DNA of 64,000 nucleotides from Verrucomicrobiota bacterium (GTDB lineage Bacteria > Verrucomicrobiota > Verrucomicrobiia > Limisphaerales > SXTU01). Shown one piece after another: positions 16,054 through 25,037 of this stretch. A program made the translations under genes and the position numbers. Under the pieces are notes generated by a model, which was not told the origin of the DNA, made no database searches, and worked only from the letters and a program-made list of their open reading frames with translations. The stretch's first letter is position 1. Each line of letters starts with the position of its first letter. The DNA lies in contig JACRKB010000128.1 in the NCBI GenBank assembly GCA_016235545.1, forward strand, positions 580-64,579, given 5' to 3'.

Positions 16054-17109
16054 TTATGGGGTAGAGCCGCGGGAATTGGAGTTGATCGTCGGCGAAAGCT
16101 GAGGTTCAAGCTGTCGGGCAAATTCCTCGGCAATCACGCGATTCACCCAAGGCCGCAGATGCCCGCCTGAATGCGGATTGTGCAGGGGCAGCTCCGGAAT
16201 CGAGGCGCGCGTGGACTCGACTGCTGGCCACCAGTCTGCGAACGCCACAGAATTGCTGGCCGCCCACGACTTGAGCCAGTCATACGAATGCGAGGGCGCG
16301 GCGGCCCAACCGACCACCAGAGTTGTGTTCGTGGCACGGCACTGCACCTTTAACCGTTCGAATACGCTCCGCTGCTGCTCTGCCACGGAAGGGCCGGAGC
16401 GCACACCGGCAGGCACCGAGGACGTGGGCGGTCGTTTCACCGCCACTCGGAGACGCTTGCCAATCTCCGTCTCTGCCGCCCAGCGCGCGAGCGGCAACGT
16501 CGCGCCCCAGCGCGGGCTGCCATCCACCAGATGCCGGTGTCGGTCGCCGCGCAGGAACATGGCGTCATCGCTTCCGTCGTTCTCCGCACCGAGATAGAGC
16601 ACCACGTCGGGCCGGCCCAGCTTCTCGATGAAGCGGCGCAGGATGAGCAGCGACTGCTCGCCGCCGTTCGCGGCTAGGCCGAGGTTGATCACCGCCACGC
16701 GTCTCTCGTAACGGCCAGCGGCGTCGCGGTTCAGCAAGAGATCGAGTTGAAAGGGATATACCGCGTCCGCCGGCAGGCCCGTGCCCTGCGTGTAGGAATC
16801 TCCGAGCGCGAACAGGCGGGCGCGGTAGCCAGAGAAATCCTCCTGAAAGTTGACTGTGCCCAACCGGTTGACACGCAGCTCCTGCTGGTGGTCGGTGGTC
16901 CGCAGTGCATGAACGCCCGGCTTTGCGCGGACGCCCAGTTCGGCATCGAACTCGTAGGCCCTCGGAAAGCCGACCAAGTGCATGGGCGCAAACAGCCGCA
17001 GCGCTACTTCGCCGGCCACGAGCATCAGCCCACAAGTAGCCGTCGCCAATGCCAGCCGCGCGAGTGGGCGATGTGAGCGAGCTGGATAGTTGATGTGGGT
17101 CGGAGTCAT
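16054..17109 (-). CDS. SGNH/GDSL-type hydrolase family protein with N-terminal TM anchor
   Basis: 351 aa with an N-terminal hydrophobic segment, the block I-like LFALGDSYTQGTG, the block III-like YLGAENDGSDD and a C-terminal HSGGH region. It lies between the nucleotidyltransferase and the cyclase. Confidence 0.6.
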   Translation of the reverse strand: MTPTHINYPARSHRPLARLALATATCGLMLVAGEVALRLFAPMHLVGFPRAYEFDAELGVRAKPGVHALRTTDHQQELRVNRLGTVNFQEDFSGYRARLFALGDSYTQGTGLPADAVYPFQLDLLLNRDAAGRYERRVAVINLGLAANGGEQSLLILRRFIEKLGRPDVVLYLGAENDGSDDAMFLRGDRHRHLVDGSPRWGATLPLARWAAETEIGKRLRVAVKRPPTSSVPAGVRSGPSVAEQQRSVFERLKVQCRATNTTLVVGWAAAPSHSYDWLKSWAASNSVAFADWWPAVESTRASIPELPLHNPHSGGHLRPWVNRVIAEEFARQLEPQLSPTINSNSRGSTP

Positions 17110-17118
17110 CGTCAGACG

Positions 17119-18309
17119 CTAGCCGCGGCGCATGCGCCGGCGCAACCACAGCAGCGGCGCGGCCGGGTAGTAGAGCGCGAACAACCGGTCCGGCAACCGC
17201 AGCATCTTCCAGTTGGCTGGCGACATGAGGCGAGGCCGCAGCACGGCGGCCTTTGCAGACCAGTCGCCACGCAACCGCAGTTGATAGCGGGTCTGCCGCA
17301 GCAGTTCCCGCAGGCCCGGCTGGTCCGCCTCAGCCCGGTTCATGCGCCGCAGTGCAGAGTTGACGAGCCAGCTCACCCGTGACGCATGCACCGTTGGCAC
17401 GTTCACCCGTTCCGGCACCGTGACGCCAAACAGCACTTCCACCAGCCGCGCACCTTGCCAGACGGACGCTTCCACGCCGGACGCCCGAGCCATCCTCATC
17501 ACTTGCGGCCAGTCAACCCCGCCGTGGACCAGCAGCCGTGCCAAGTCCACAAGCCAGAACAGGCGGAACCATTCGTGGCCCGCACCGTGGACGAACAGGT
17601 AGAGCGCCTCCGTCTCCGCCGGCAGCCGCGCCAGTTCGACGCCGCCGAGCGCTTCCCGTGTGCCCGACTTCAGCCACTCATTGAAAGCCTGACGCCCCAG
17701 TCCCTCCAGCCGCCACTCGACCTCGATGCGCACGCCGGTCGCGTCGTTGAAATACTCGAACTCGTGCTTGAGCCGCTGGTATTCGCGGCGCTGCCGGGGC
17801 GTCAGTTCGAAGTCTGGCTGTGAACGGCGGCAGCCGGCGGCGAGCAGAGCCTTGTCGGCGTCGCCGAGGCGGGCGGGTGCGATGAGCAAATCCAAGTCGC
17901 CTGCGTGCCGCACACCGACGCCCCCATAGAGCGCTTGCGCCAGCAGCGGACCCTTCACGCTGAGGAAAGGAATGCCCGCGTTCGCGAACAGCCGGGCGAT
18001 GCGCACCAGCTCCGCAGACCGCACCAGCGCGAGCCGCGCCGTGCGCCGGGCAGTTTCCGTGAGTTGCTCCTGCACAGCCGCAGGCAGCGCCGCGCGCACG
18101 TCTCCGGCGAGGTGATGATGCAGATACGCCCCCACGCGATGCCTCGCGACGACGGCACCAAACGCGGTGGCATCAAGTCCGGCTGGCCAGTGAAAGTCCT
18201 CCGCCCCCGCTGTGCCAAGCGCCAAGCGCAGCAGTTGCACCAGCGCCTTCAACTCCGGCGGCCACGCGGCCACGCGAGGGGACAGTTGGGCTGGCAGCGC
18301 GGCGGTCAT
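17119..18309 (-). CDS. Uncharacterised nucleotidyltransferase (NTP_transf_5 / PF14907-like), lasso-cluster associated
   Basis: 396 aa. The sequence FLSVKGPLLAQALYGGVGVRHAGDLDLLIAP matches the family hallmark (KG..LA...Y......R..gDlDLLv). Its ATG overlaps the stop of the upstream ABC gene (ATGA at 18306-18309). Confidence 0.75.
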   Translation of the reverse strand: MTAALPAQLSPRVAAWPPELKALVQLLRLALGTAGAEDFHWPAGLDATAFGAVVARHRVGAYLHHHLAGDVRAALPAAVQEQLTETARRTARLALVRSAELVRIARLFANAGIPFLSVKGPLLAQALYGGVGVRHAGDLDLLIAPARLGDADKALLAAGCRRSQPDFELTPRQRREYQRLKHEFEYFNDATGVRIEVEWRLEGLGRQAFNEWLKSGTREALGGVELARLPAETEALYLFVHGAGHEWFRLFWLVDLARLLVHGGVDWPQVMRMARASGVEASVWQGARLVEVLFGVTVPERVNVPTVHASRVSWLVNSALRRMNRAEADQPGLRELLRQTRYQLRLRGDWSAKAAVLRPRLMSPANWKMLRLPDRLFALYYPAAPLLWLRRRMRRG

Positions 18310-20087
18310 GGCAAGTCCAGCCCAGCCGACATCAACCGGCGGAAGGCGCCTCCCTCGCGACGGGTCAGTTCACCGGGCGCGCCGCTTTCCACCACGCGCC
18401 CGTGTTCGAGCACGATGACTTGGTCGGCATTCTGAACGGTTGAGAGCCGGTGCGCGATGATGACGAGGGTCAGCTCTCCGTGCAGCCGCTCGATGGCCTG
18501 CTGGATAATCTGCTCGTTCACCGTGTCCAGCGCGCTGGTTGCCTCATCGAGCACCAGCAACGTCGGCTGCCGCAGAAGCGCGCGGGCCAGCGCGAGTCGT
18601 TGCCGCTCACCTCCTGAGAGACGCACGCCGCGGTCGCCCACAATGGTTTCCAAGCCCTGCGGCAGTCGGCTTACAAACTCTTCCGCAGCCGCAGCCCGCA
18701 GCGCGGCGACGAGTTCGGCCTCAGTCGCCTCGGGCCGCGCCCAGAGCAGGTTCGCCCGGATGCTTTCGTGAAACAGAAACGTCTCCTGCGGCACATAGCC
18801 CACGCTCGCGCGCCACGCGTGGACGCGCTCGCCCTCCAGCGCCGCATCGTCCACCAGGACGCGTCCGGCGGAGGGGCGCAACAGGCCCAGCAGCAGGTCG
18901 GCGATGGTGCTCTTGCCCGCGCCCGATGGACCGCAGATGGCGGTCATCTGGCGTGCCGGGATTTTGAGGCTCACACCTGCCAGCACTTCCCGCCCCTCGA
19001 CACCGGGATAGCGGAAGGAAACGGTGTCGAAGCAAACTTCGCCAGCAACCGCGACGCGCGCCATCATCGGCGGGGATGCGGCCTCCTGCGCGGCGATGAA
19101 CTGTTCCCGCAGCTGTTCCGCAGCCGTGAACGATGGAATCATGTGCATCACCCGCTGCCAGTTGCTCTGCAGCGCCGCCAGCCGTGGCAGCAACCGCGCG
19201 AAGATGAAGACAAGCAGCAGCAGCTCGGGCGTGCTCAGGCCCGCGTAGCGCACTGCGGCAAAGAGGAACAAACTCAGCACCACCACCGCGCCCAGTTCGT
19301 AGGCCGCGCGAGTCGTGGCATACACGCGCGTTGCGTCGAGGATGTGCGCGACGATGTCTGCCAGCACACGGCGGAAGTGGGCGAGGTGATGCGCCTCGCG
19401 GCCGTGGCTCTTGGCGACCTTGAGGCCGGCGAGATGCTCCGTGATGGCGGCGGCCATGTCCGCGCGGCGTTCCTGGCCTTCTTTGCCGAGATTGTAGGCG
19501 CGGCGTGTGAGCGGGCGCAGCGCCAGAGCCAGCGCCAGGCCGCTGCCCAGCGCCAGCGCGGTCAACACCGGCGAAAGCGCCAGCGCCAGCGACGCCTGCA
19601 CCAGCGCCACGCCCGCGAGGCCCAACCCCGCGAGCAGTTGCTGCGTGCCGAAGCCGACGCGCTGGATTTCATCCGTGAGCACCTGCGTGATGTCCGACGC
19701 CCGCTGCCGCGTGAAGAACAGCCAGTCCGCCCGGACCATCGCCGCATAAAGCTCTTCGCGCAGCCGGCTCGTGAAAGCGGTCTCAATCCCCGCGTTGAGC
19801 AGATCAAGCGTGTGCCGCAGCGCAATCTGCGCGGCCATGAAGGCGATGAAAATGACCAGCGCCACCGGCAGGGTCAGCGGCAGGCCGACCGCCTGCCACA
19901 CGTCCGCAAGTCCCGTCGCCAGCCCGCTGCTCGCGCGCGGTCCGCCAGTGCCGATGAGTTCCAACACCGGCAGCAGCACCACCAGCCCGGCACCCTCCAG
20001 CACGCCCACCACGACCGTGAGCACGACCGAGAGGCCGACGCGGTTGCCGGCGTGGTTCAGGAAGCAGCGGAGGTAAGTGGCAAGCAT
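18306..20087 (-). CDS. ABC transporter permease/ATPase fusion (lasso peptide exporter, McjD-like D protein)
   Basis: Trimmed to ATG 20087 (MLATYLRCF...), giving 593 aa. It has a 6-TM exporter domain, then Walker A GPSGAGKST, the signature LSGGERQRLALARALL and Walker B LLVLDEATSALD. Confidence 0.85.
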   Translation of the reverse strand: MLATYLRCFLNHAGNRVGLSVVLTVVVGVLEGAGLVVLLPVLELIGTGGPRASSGLATGLADVWQAVGLPLTLPVALVIFIAFMAAQIALRHTLDLLNAGIETAFTSRLREELYAAMVRADWLFFTRQRASDITQVLTDEIQRVGFGTQQLLAGLGLAGVALVQASLALALSPVLTALALGSGLALALALRPLTRRAYNLGKEGQERRADMAAAITEHLAGLKVAKSHGREAHHLAHFRRVLADIVAHILDATRVYATTRAAYELGAVVVLSLFLFAAVRYAGLSTPELLLLVFIFARLLPRLAALQSNWQRVMHMIPSFTAAEQLREQFIAAQEAASPPMMARVAVAGEVCFDTVSFRYPGVEGREVLAGVSLKIPARQMTAICGPSGAGKSTIADLLLGLLRPSAGRVLVDDAALEGERVHAWRASVGYVPQETFLFHESIRANLLWARPEATEAELVAALRAAAAEEFVSRLPQGLETIVGDRGVRLSGGERQRLALARALLRQPTLLVLDEATSALDTVNEQIIQQAIERLHGELTLVIIAHRLSTVQNADQVIVLEHGRVVESGAPGELTRREGGAFRRLMSAGLDLP

Positions 20088-20156
20088 GACAGCGCGTCGG
20101 GCTTGGCTTTGCCCGGTATCCTTGGGCGGCTCAAGCAATTTCTCCGGCGCGGGCCG

Positions 20157-20193
20157 GGAGAAAAGCAAACGGCGCTCCGAGATTCGGAGCGCC
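20157..20193 (-). terminator. Rho-independent terminator ending the long glycan gene array
   Basis: A perfect 10-bp stem, ggcgctccga (20171-20180) against tcggagcgcc (20184-20193), has a 3-nt loop. On the minus strand it is followed by GUUUGCUUUUCUC (complement of 20157-20170). It lies 31 nt after the DUF5989 stop codon. Confidence 0.75.
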
Positions 20194-20223
20194 GCGTGCG
20201 CAGGAAGGAACGTCAATGGCAGA

Positions 20224-20421
20224 TCAGAACAGAGTGTAGATGAACGGGGCCGCAGCCGTGCCACCGAGGATGAGCAGCGCGCCGATGGCCAGCAGCGCCA
20301 GCAGCAGCGGGATGAGCCAGAACTTCTTGTTTTCGCCGAGGAAGGCGATGAACTCCTTCACGAGGCCGGGCTGCGCCTGCTCGCCAGCCTTCTCAAAGTC
20401 GTTTGGTTTCTGGTCGCTCAT
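20224..20421 (-). CDS. DUF5989 family small membrane protein (SxtK-like)
   Basis: Real start is ATG 20421, giving 65 aa: MSDQKPNDFEKAGEQAQPGLVKEFIAFLGENKKFWLIPLLLALLAIGALLILGGTAAAPFIYTLF. The KKFWL...APFIYTLF ending is the family hallmark. Confidence 0.8.
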   Translation of the reverse strand: MSDQKPNDFEKAGEQAQPGLVKEFIAFLGENKKFWLIPLLLALLAIGALLILGGTAAAPFIYTLF

Positions 20422-20444
20422 GTCGTGCCTTTCATCGAGGCCAT

Positions 20445-20885
20445 CTAGAACTGACGGTAGTAACGCTTTGCTTCCGGTGCGGGCGGCGCGTCCACCCAAT
20501 AGGTGCTGGCCTGTCGATCCGGAGTCTTGCGGATGGGCTGCCGCCCGCCAAGCCGTTTCAGGAAGCCGATGCCCGTGACCAGCACGTAGAAAATCAGGCC
20601 CAGCAGGACATTGCCAACGACAATCCCGACGCAGCACGCGAGCGCATACCAGACGATGTAAAACGGCCTGGCGATGGCAGGCACCACGTAGAAGAGCGCG
20701 CCAGCCGCCGCGCCGCCGCCGCCGAGTTTCAGCGCGAAGGAAAGATTCCAGCCCTTGCCCGCGAGGAGGCCGGCCAACAGGAAGGCAACCGCGACACACG
20801 GAAACCCGATGACCAAGCTCCGTGCAAACGTGCGGAGCGCCGCCCTGTCCGGGTTCCAGTTAACTTCTTTGAACGGGTTGACCAT
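20445..20885 (-). CDS. SxtJ-like small membrane protein
   Basis: The track start is TTG; ATG 20885 (MVNPFKEV...) gives 146 aa with 3-4 TM helices. It holds the position between a carbamoyltransferase and DUF5989, as in SxtI-J-K type triads. Confidence 0.65.
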   Translation of the reverse strand: MVNPFKEVNWNPDRAALRTFARSLVIGFPCVAVAFLLAGLLAGKGWNLSFALKLGGGGAAAGALFYVVPAIARPFYIVWYALACCVGIVVGNVLLGLIFYVLVTGIGFLKRLGGRQPIRKTPDRQASTYWVDAPPAPEAKRYYRQF

Positions 20886-20890
20886 GTGGC

Positions 20891-22741
20891 TCAATCCAGC
20901 TTGAAACTCTCAATGTATCTTTTCCGTTGACCTTCGTCCTGCTGCGGCTGCTCGGTGCGGCGGAGCACGCAGTTCTCCAGCACCAGCAAGTCCATATCCG
21001 ACGCCCTGAAGCAGCGGTAAGCGTCCTGCGGCGTGCAGACGATCGGCTCGCCCCGGATGTTGAAGCTCGTGTTGATGATGACGCCGCAGCGGGTCTGGCG
21101 TTTGAACTCCTTCATCAGCCGCCAGTAACGCCCGTGCCGCTCCTCGTCCACGGTTTGAATGCGCGCACTCATGTCCACATGGGTGATGGCCGGCAGCGTC
21201 GAGCGTAGGACGTTCACGCGCTTGCGCAGATCGGGGTCTTTCTGCAACTGCCGCTGCTCGGGCGTGAGCGGCAGCCTATGTTTCTTCTTCACGTCGGCCA
21301 CCATCAGCATGTAGGGCGACTCGCGGTCGTGGTCGAAATACTTGGCCACATCCTCGATGAGCACGCACGGAGCGAAGGGGCGGAAGCTCTCGCGGAATTT
21401 GATGCGCACGTTCATCTGCGACTGCATCGCCGGGCTTCGCGGGTCGCCGATGATGCTGCGCGCGCCGAGTGCGCGTGGGCCGAATTCCATACGTCCGCTG
21501 AACCAGCCGACCACTTTCTCCGAGGCCATTTCCTTCGCGACAGCTTCCAGCAACTCCGGCTCCTGCTCGTAAAACGTGTAGCGAACTTGCTGGCCGTCGA
21601 GGAAAGCGCGGATTTCCTCGTTCGAGAATTTCGGACCGAGCAGCGAGCCTTTGAGCGAGTCTTTCCGCGAAGCCGTGTGCGTGCGCGGCTGGTCGAGCAA
21701 CTGGTGTTGCACAAAGAGCGCCGCGCCCAGCGCACCGCCCGCATCGCCCGACGCGGGCGTGACAAACACGTCCTCGAAGATTCCAGCGCGGAGCAACCTG
21801 CCATTTGCGACGCAATTGAGCGCGACGCCGCCTGCGAGGCAGAGATTCTTGCTGCCGGTAAGCTCCTTCGCATGCCGGGCCATGCGCAGGACAATCTCCT
21901 CCGTGACCTTTTGAATCGAGGCTGCGATGTCCATCTCGCGCTGCGTGATGGCGGACTCGACGCTGCGTGCGGGGCCGCCGAAGAGCGACGCGAACTTGGC
22001 GTTCGTCATTGTCAGCCCCTGGCAGAAGTTGAAGTAGCTCATGTCCATCGCGAGCGAGCCGTCGGGCTTCACGTCCACGAGATGCTTGAGAATGGTGTCC
22101 ACGTATCGCGGCTCACCGTAGGGCGCGAGGCCCATGAGCTTGTATTCTCCCGAGTTGACCTTGAAGCCGCAGAAGTAGGTCACCGCGCTGTAAAGCAGGC
22201 CGAGCGAGTGTGGGAAGTGAAGCGTTTTGAGGAGTTTGATTTTGTTCCCCTGCCCATGCCCGATGGTCGCGGTGTCCCACTCGCCGACTCCGTCGAGCGT
22301 GAGGATGGCCGCGTCTTCGTAGGCCGACGGAAAAAAGGTGCTGGCCGCATGCGACTCGTGGTGGCCTGTGAACGCGATGCGTTTTCTGTAGCGGCCTCCA
22401 AGAGCGTTCCGAATCTCGCGGGGCAGGTGCAGCTTGGTCTTCAGCCACACCGGCATCGCCATCATGAAGGACTGAAGTCCGGCGGGCGCGAATGCGAGGT
22501 AGGTTTCCAGCAGGCGGTCGAACTTGAGCAGCGGCTTGTCGTAGAAGACGACATGGTCGAGCTGCTCTGGCGTGAGGCCGGCCTCGCGCAGGCAGTAATC
22601 CACGGCGTGCTTCGGAAACTCGGAGTCATGCTTGATGCGCGTGAAGCGTTCCTCCTGCGCGGCGGCGACGATGTCCCCATCCACAACGAGCGCGGCGGCG
22701 CTGTCGTGGTAGTAGGCGGAGATGCCGAGAATGCGGGCCAT
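20891..22741 (-). CDS. Carbamoyltransferase (NodU/CmcH family)
   Basis: 616 aa. The sequence MARILGISAYYHDSAAALVVDGDIVAAAQEERFTRIKHD has the typical N-terminal ASKHA-like fold signature, and a C-terminal YrdC-like carbamoyltransferase domain is present. Confidence 0.9.
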   Translation of the reverse strand: MARILGISAYYHDSAAALVVDGDIVAAAQEERFTRIKHDSEFPKHAVDYCLREAGLTPEQLDHVVFYDKPLLKFDRLLETYLAFAPAGLQSFMMAMPVWLKTKLHLPREIRNALGGRYRKRIAFTGHHESHAASTFFPSAYEDAAILTLDGVGEWDTATIGHGQGNKIKLLKTLHFPHSLGLLYSAVTYFCGFKVNSGEYKLMGLAPYGEPRYVDTILKHLVDVKPDGSLAMDMSYFNFCQGLTMTNAKFASLFGGPARSVESAITQREMDIAASIQKVTEEIVLRMARHAKELTGSKNLCLAGGVALNCVANGRLLRAGIFEDVFVTPASGDAGGALGAALFVQHQLLDQPRTHTASRKDSLKGSLLGPKFSNEEIRAFLDGQQVRYTFYEQEPELLEAVAKEMASEKVVGWFSGRMEFGPRALGARSIIGDPRSPAMQSQMNVRIKFRESFRPFAPCVLIEDVAKYFDHDRESPYMLMVADVKKKHRLPLTPEQRQLQKDPDLRKRVNVLRSTLPAITHVDMSARIQTVDEERHGRYWRLMKEFKRQTRCGVIINTSFNIRGEPIVCTPQDAYRCFRASDMDLLVLENCVLRRTEQPQQDEGQRKRYIESFKLD

Positions 22742-22753
22742 ACGACGAAGGGC

Positions 22754-23893
22754 TCAGTGCCTGTTGCCGACCAGCGAGCGGTAGATTTCGTCCATCTGCC
22801 GCAGCGGCTCGGCCCAGGAAAGCTGCGACATCACTTCATTCCGGCGGCTGGTCAAGCGTGCACGCTCCACCGGGTCGAGCATCGTGCGGAGACCATTGGC
22901 GAGCGTCTCCACGCCCAGCGGCACGGCCAGGCCGGCACGCTCGTGGATGGCCGGGGCGATGCCGCAGGTGTCGGTGAGCAGCACTGGCAAGCCGGCGGCC
23001 ACGGCCTCAGCCACCGCGTTGCCGTAGCTTTCGATGAGCGAGGGCATCACAAACAAATCGGCGGCGGCGAGGGCCGAGAGTTTTTCCTCGTCGTAGAGCG
23101 CGCCGGCGAACGCGATGTCGCCCGTGATGCCAAGACGCTGCGCCACGGCTCGGAGCCGCGTTTCGTAATCTGGCTCGGCGGGGCCGACGAGCGCGAGGGT
23201 TGTGTCGGCCGGGCGCACGCGGGCGAAGGCTTCGAGGAATTGCTCCAGGTTCTTCACCGGACTCAGCCGACCGAGGAAGAGGACGACGCGGCGGTCGGCG
23301 GGAATTCCCAGCTTGCGCCGAAAGATGTCGGCGTCGGGAAGGTTTGCGAAACTCTCAACATCAATGCCGTTGCGGCGCAGCACTAGCTTTGGCGGTTGCC
23401 CCAGCGGCTCGAGCTCCTTGAACTCCTGCGGCGAAGTGGCGATGACGAATTGCGCCTGTCGCGCGATGCGATGCGTGAAGGCGTGGTGGTAGAGTCGCTT
23501 CGCCCAGAGGTTCCGCCCGCGCGGCAAATACCCGCCGAGCGGTTCGAGCACGCAGGGTTTCCCCGCCTGAGCGGCGGCGCGGGCAGCGAGCGGGGTAAGT
23601 GAGTTGTAGAGTCCGTAGATGTGAACCACGTCCGCCGCCGCGACTGCCTGCGTGATCAGCCGCCGATCCGTAGGCCATTGGCGCAGGCCGCTGCCCCGCC
23701 AGGGCAGATACTGCACGTGGACACCGTCGTAGTGGGTGGACGCGGAGCGCGCTGAGTCCTCTGAAAAAAAAGTCAGCACGGACACCTCGTGTCCGTGCTG
23801 GCGCAAGCCCTGAGCAAGGGCGTGAATTTTGAGCGGCGGGCCGCCGAACTTCAGCTCCGGGAAATAGACGCCAGTTGCTTTCAGGACGCGCAT
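22754..23893 (-). CDS. Glycosyltransferase family 4 (GT-B, group 1)
   Basis: 379 aa starting MRVLKATGVYFPELKFGGP, with a C-terminal E..G.....EA motif region (PSLIESYGNAVAEAVAAGLPVL). Confidence 0.85.
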   Translation of the reverse strand: MRVLKATGVYFPELKFGGPPLKIHALAQGLRQHGHEVSVLTFFSEDSARSASTHYDGVHVQYLPWRGSGLRQWPTDRRLITQAVAAADVVHIYGLYNSLTPLAARAAAQAGKPCVLEPLGGYLPRGRNLWAKRLYHHAFTHRIARQAQFVIATSPQEFKELEPLGQPPKLVLRRNGIDVESFANLPDADIFRRKLGIPADRRVVLFLGRLSPVKNLEQFLEAFARVRPADTTLALVGPAEPDYETRLRAVAQRLGITGDIAFAGALYDEEKLSALAAADLFVMPSLIESYGNAVAEAVAAGLPVLLTDTCGIAPAIHERAGLAVPLGVETLANGLRTMLDPVERARLTSRRNEVMSQLSWAEPLRQMDEIYRSLVGNRH

Positions 23894-23914
23894 GAGCCTA
23901 CCGGAGCTGGGCGA

Positions 23915-25027
23915 TCAACATTTCGCTTTGGGCCGCCTGGAGGGCACGAGACGGTTCACAATTCCGTGGGTGCGGCGTGTGAAGTTTTCGATGGAGAAGT
24001 AGTCCAGACCCGCCGGCACAGGCCCGCGCTCGCGCGCCAAGGTCTTGCGGATTCCCTCGGCCACCGCCCCCGGCGCGCGCGGATCCACCAGCACGCCGAG
24101 TTCTCCGTTGCGCACGGCCTCGCGGCTGCCGTCCACGGCGCTGGCGAGCACGGGGATGCCACAGGCGAGCGCTTCGAGATAGACGATTCCGAATCCTTCA
24201 CCCCAGCCGGGCATCACGAACGCGTTCGCAAGCCGGTAGTGGTCTGCCTTGGTTTCCTCCGGGATGCGCCCGGCGAAGACGACGCGATCTCGAAGGCCCA
24301 GTTGCGCGGCCTTCACCTCCAACCGCTCGCGGTCCGTGCCGTCGCCGCAGATCAGGTAGCTCAAGTTTGGAATTTCCCGGGCCAATTGCGGCATCGCCTC
24401 CAGCACTTCATCCACCCCTTTGTAGCGTTCGTCCGCCGAAAGGCGCGCAAGCGTCATGATTACGGTGCGGCCCGCGAGGCCATACTGCCGCGCAAGCTGC
24501 GCGGGTGCGGGGCCGGGGCCGTAGCTCGACAGCTCCACCGCGCACGGCAGAACATGGCTCCGGGCTGCGGCCACGCCGGACCAGCCGAGGAATCGTTGCT
24601 GCGTCAGCTCGGTGATGGCCACGGCGGCCTCCACTCTCCGGGCGAGCCGGCCATGCAACCGGCTGGCCGGTGCCTGCCACGCTTCCACGCCATACAGATT
24701 CAGAATGACCGGACCACGCACGCGCCAACGCACCAGGGCGGCTGCGGGCAGGAGGTTGAGGTGGCTGCAAACCAGCAGGTCAAACGGCCCTTGGCGAATC
24801 GCGGTGCCAGCCGCCGCGAGGAGAAACTTCAGTTTGCCGCCAGTGCCGTTGGTCAGATGCCTCAGGCGGGGTGGCAGCGGGCCGGGCGCTTCTGGCAACA
24901 ATCGCGGGAGCGCGACCACTTCCGTGACTTCTGGGTGAGCGCATAACGCGCCGAGCAAATCGCGGTTGAACTTGGCGATGCCGCCCTGGCTGCCGAAGCC
25001 ATCCGTGAGCAGGACGAGAATGCGCAT
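23915..25027 (-). CDS. Glycosyltransferase family 4 (GT-B, group 1)
   Basis: 370 aa starting MRILVLLTDGFGSQGGIAKF, with a C-terminal PGWGEGFGIVYLEALACGIPVL motif. Confidence 0.85.
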   Translation of the reverse strand: MRILVLLTDGFGSQGGIAKFNRDLLGALCAHPEVTEVVALPRLLPEAPGPLPPRLRHLTNGTGGKLKFLLAAAGTAIRQGPFDLLVCSHLNLLPAAALVRWRVRGPVILNLYGVEAWQAPASRLHGRLARRVEAAVAITELTQQRFLGWSGVAAARSHVLPCAVELSSYGPGPAPAQLARQYGLAGRTVIMTLARLSADERYKGVDEVLEAMPQLAREIPNLSYLICGDGTDRERLEVKAAQLGLRDRVVFAGRIPEETKADHYRLANAFVMPGWGEGFGIVYLEALACGIPVLASAVDGSREAVRNGELGVLVDPRAPGAVAEGIRKTLARERGPVPAGLDYFSIENFTRRTHGIVNRLVPSRRPKAKC

Positions 25028-25037
25028 CCGCAGGAGT

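Noticed and set aside
21278-23386. 702-aa + strand ORF, the longest in the track for this region
   Set aside because: It lies antisense to a carbamoyltransferase and a GT4 that both have clear family motifs. Its translation is an Arg/Ala/His/Glu-rich low-complexity sequence typical of shadow frames in high-GC DNA.
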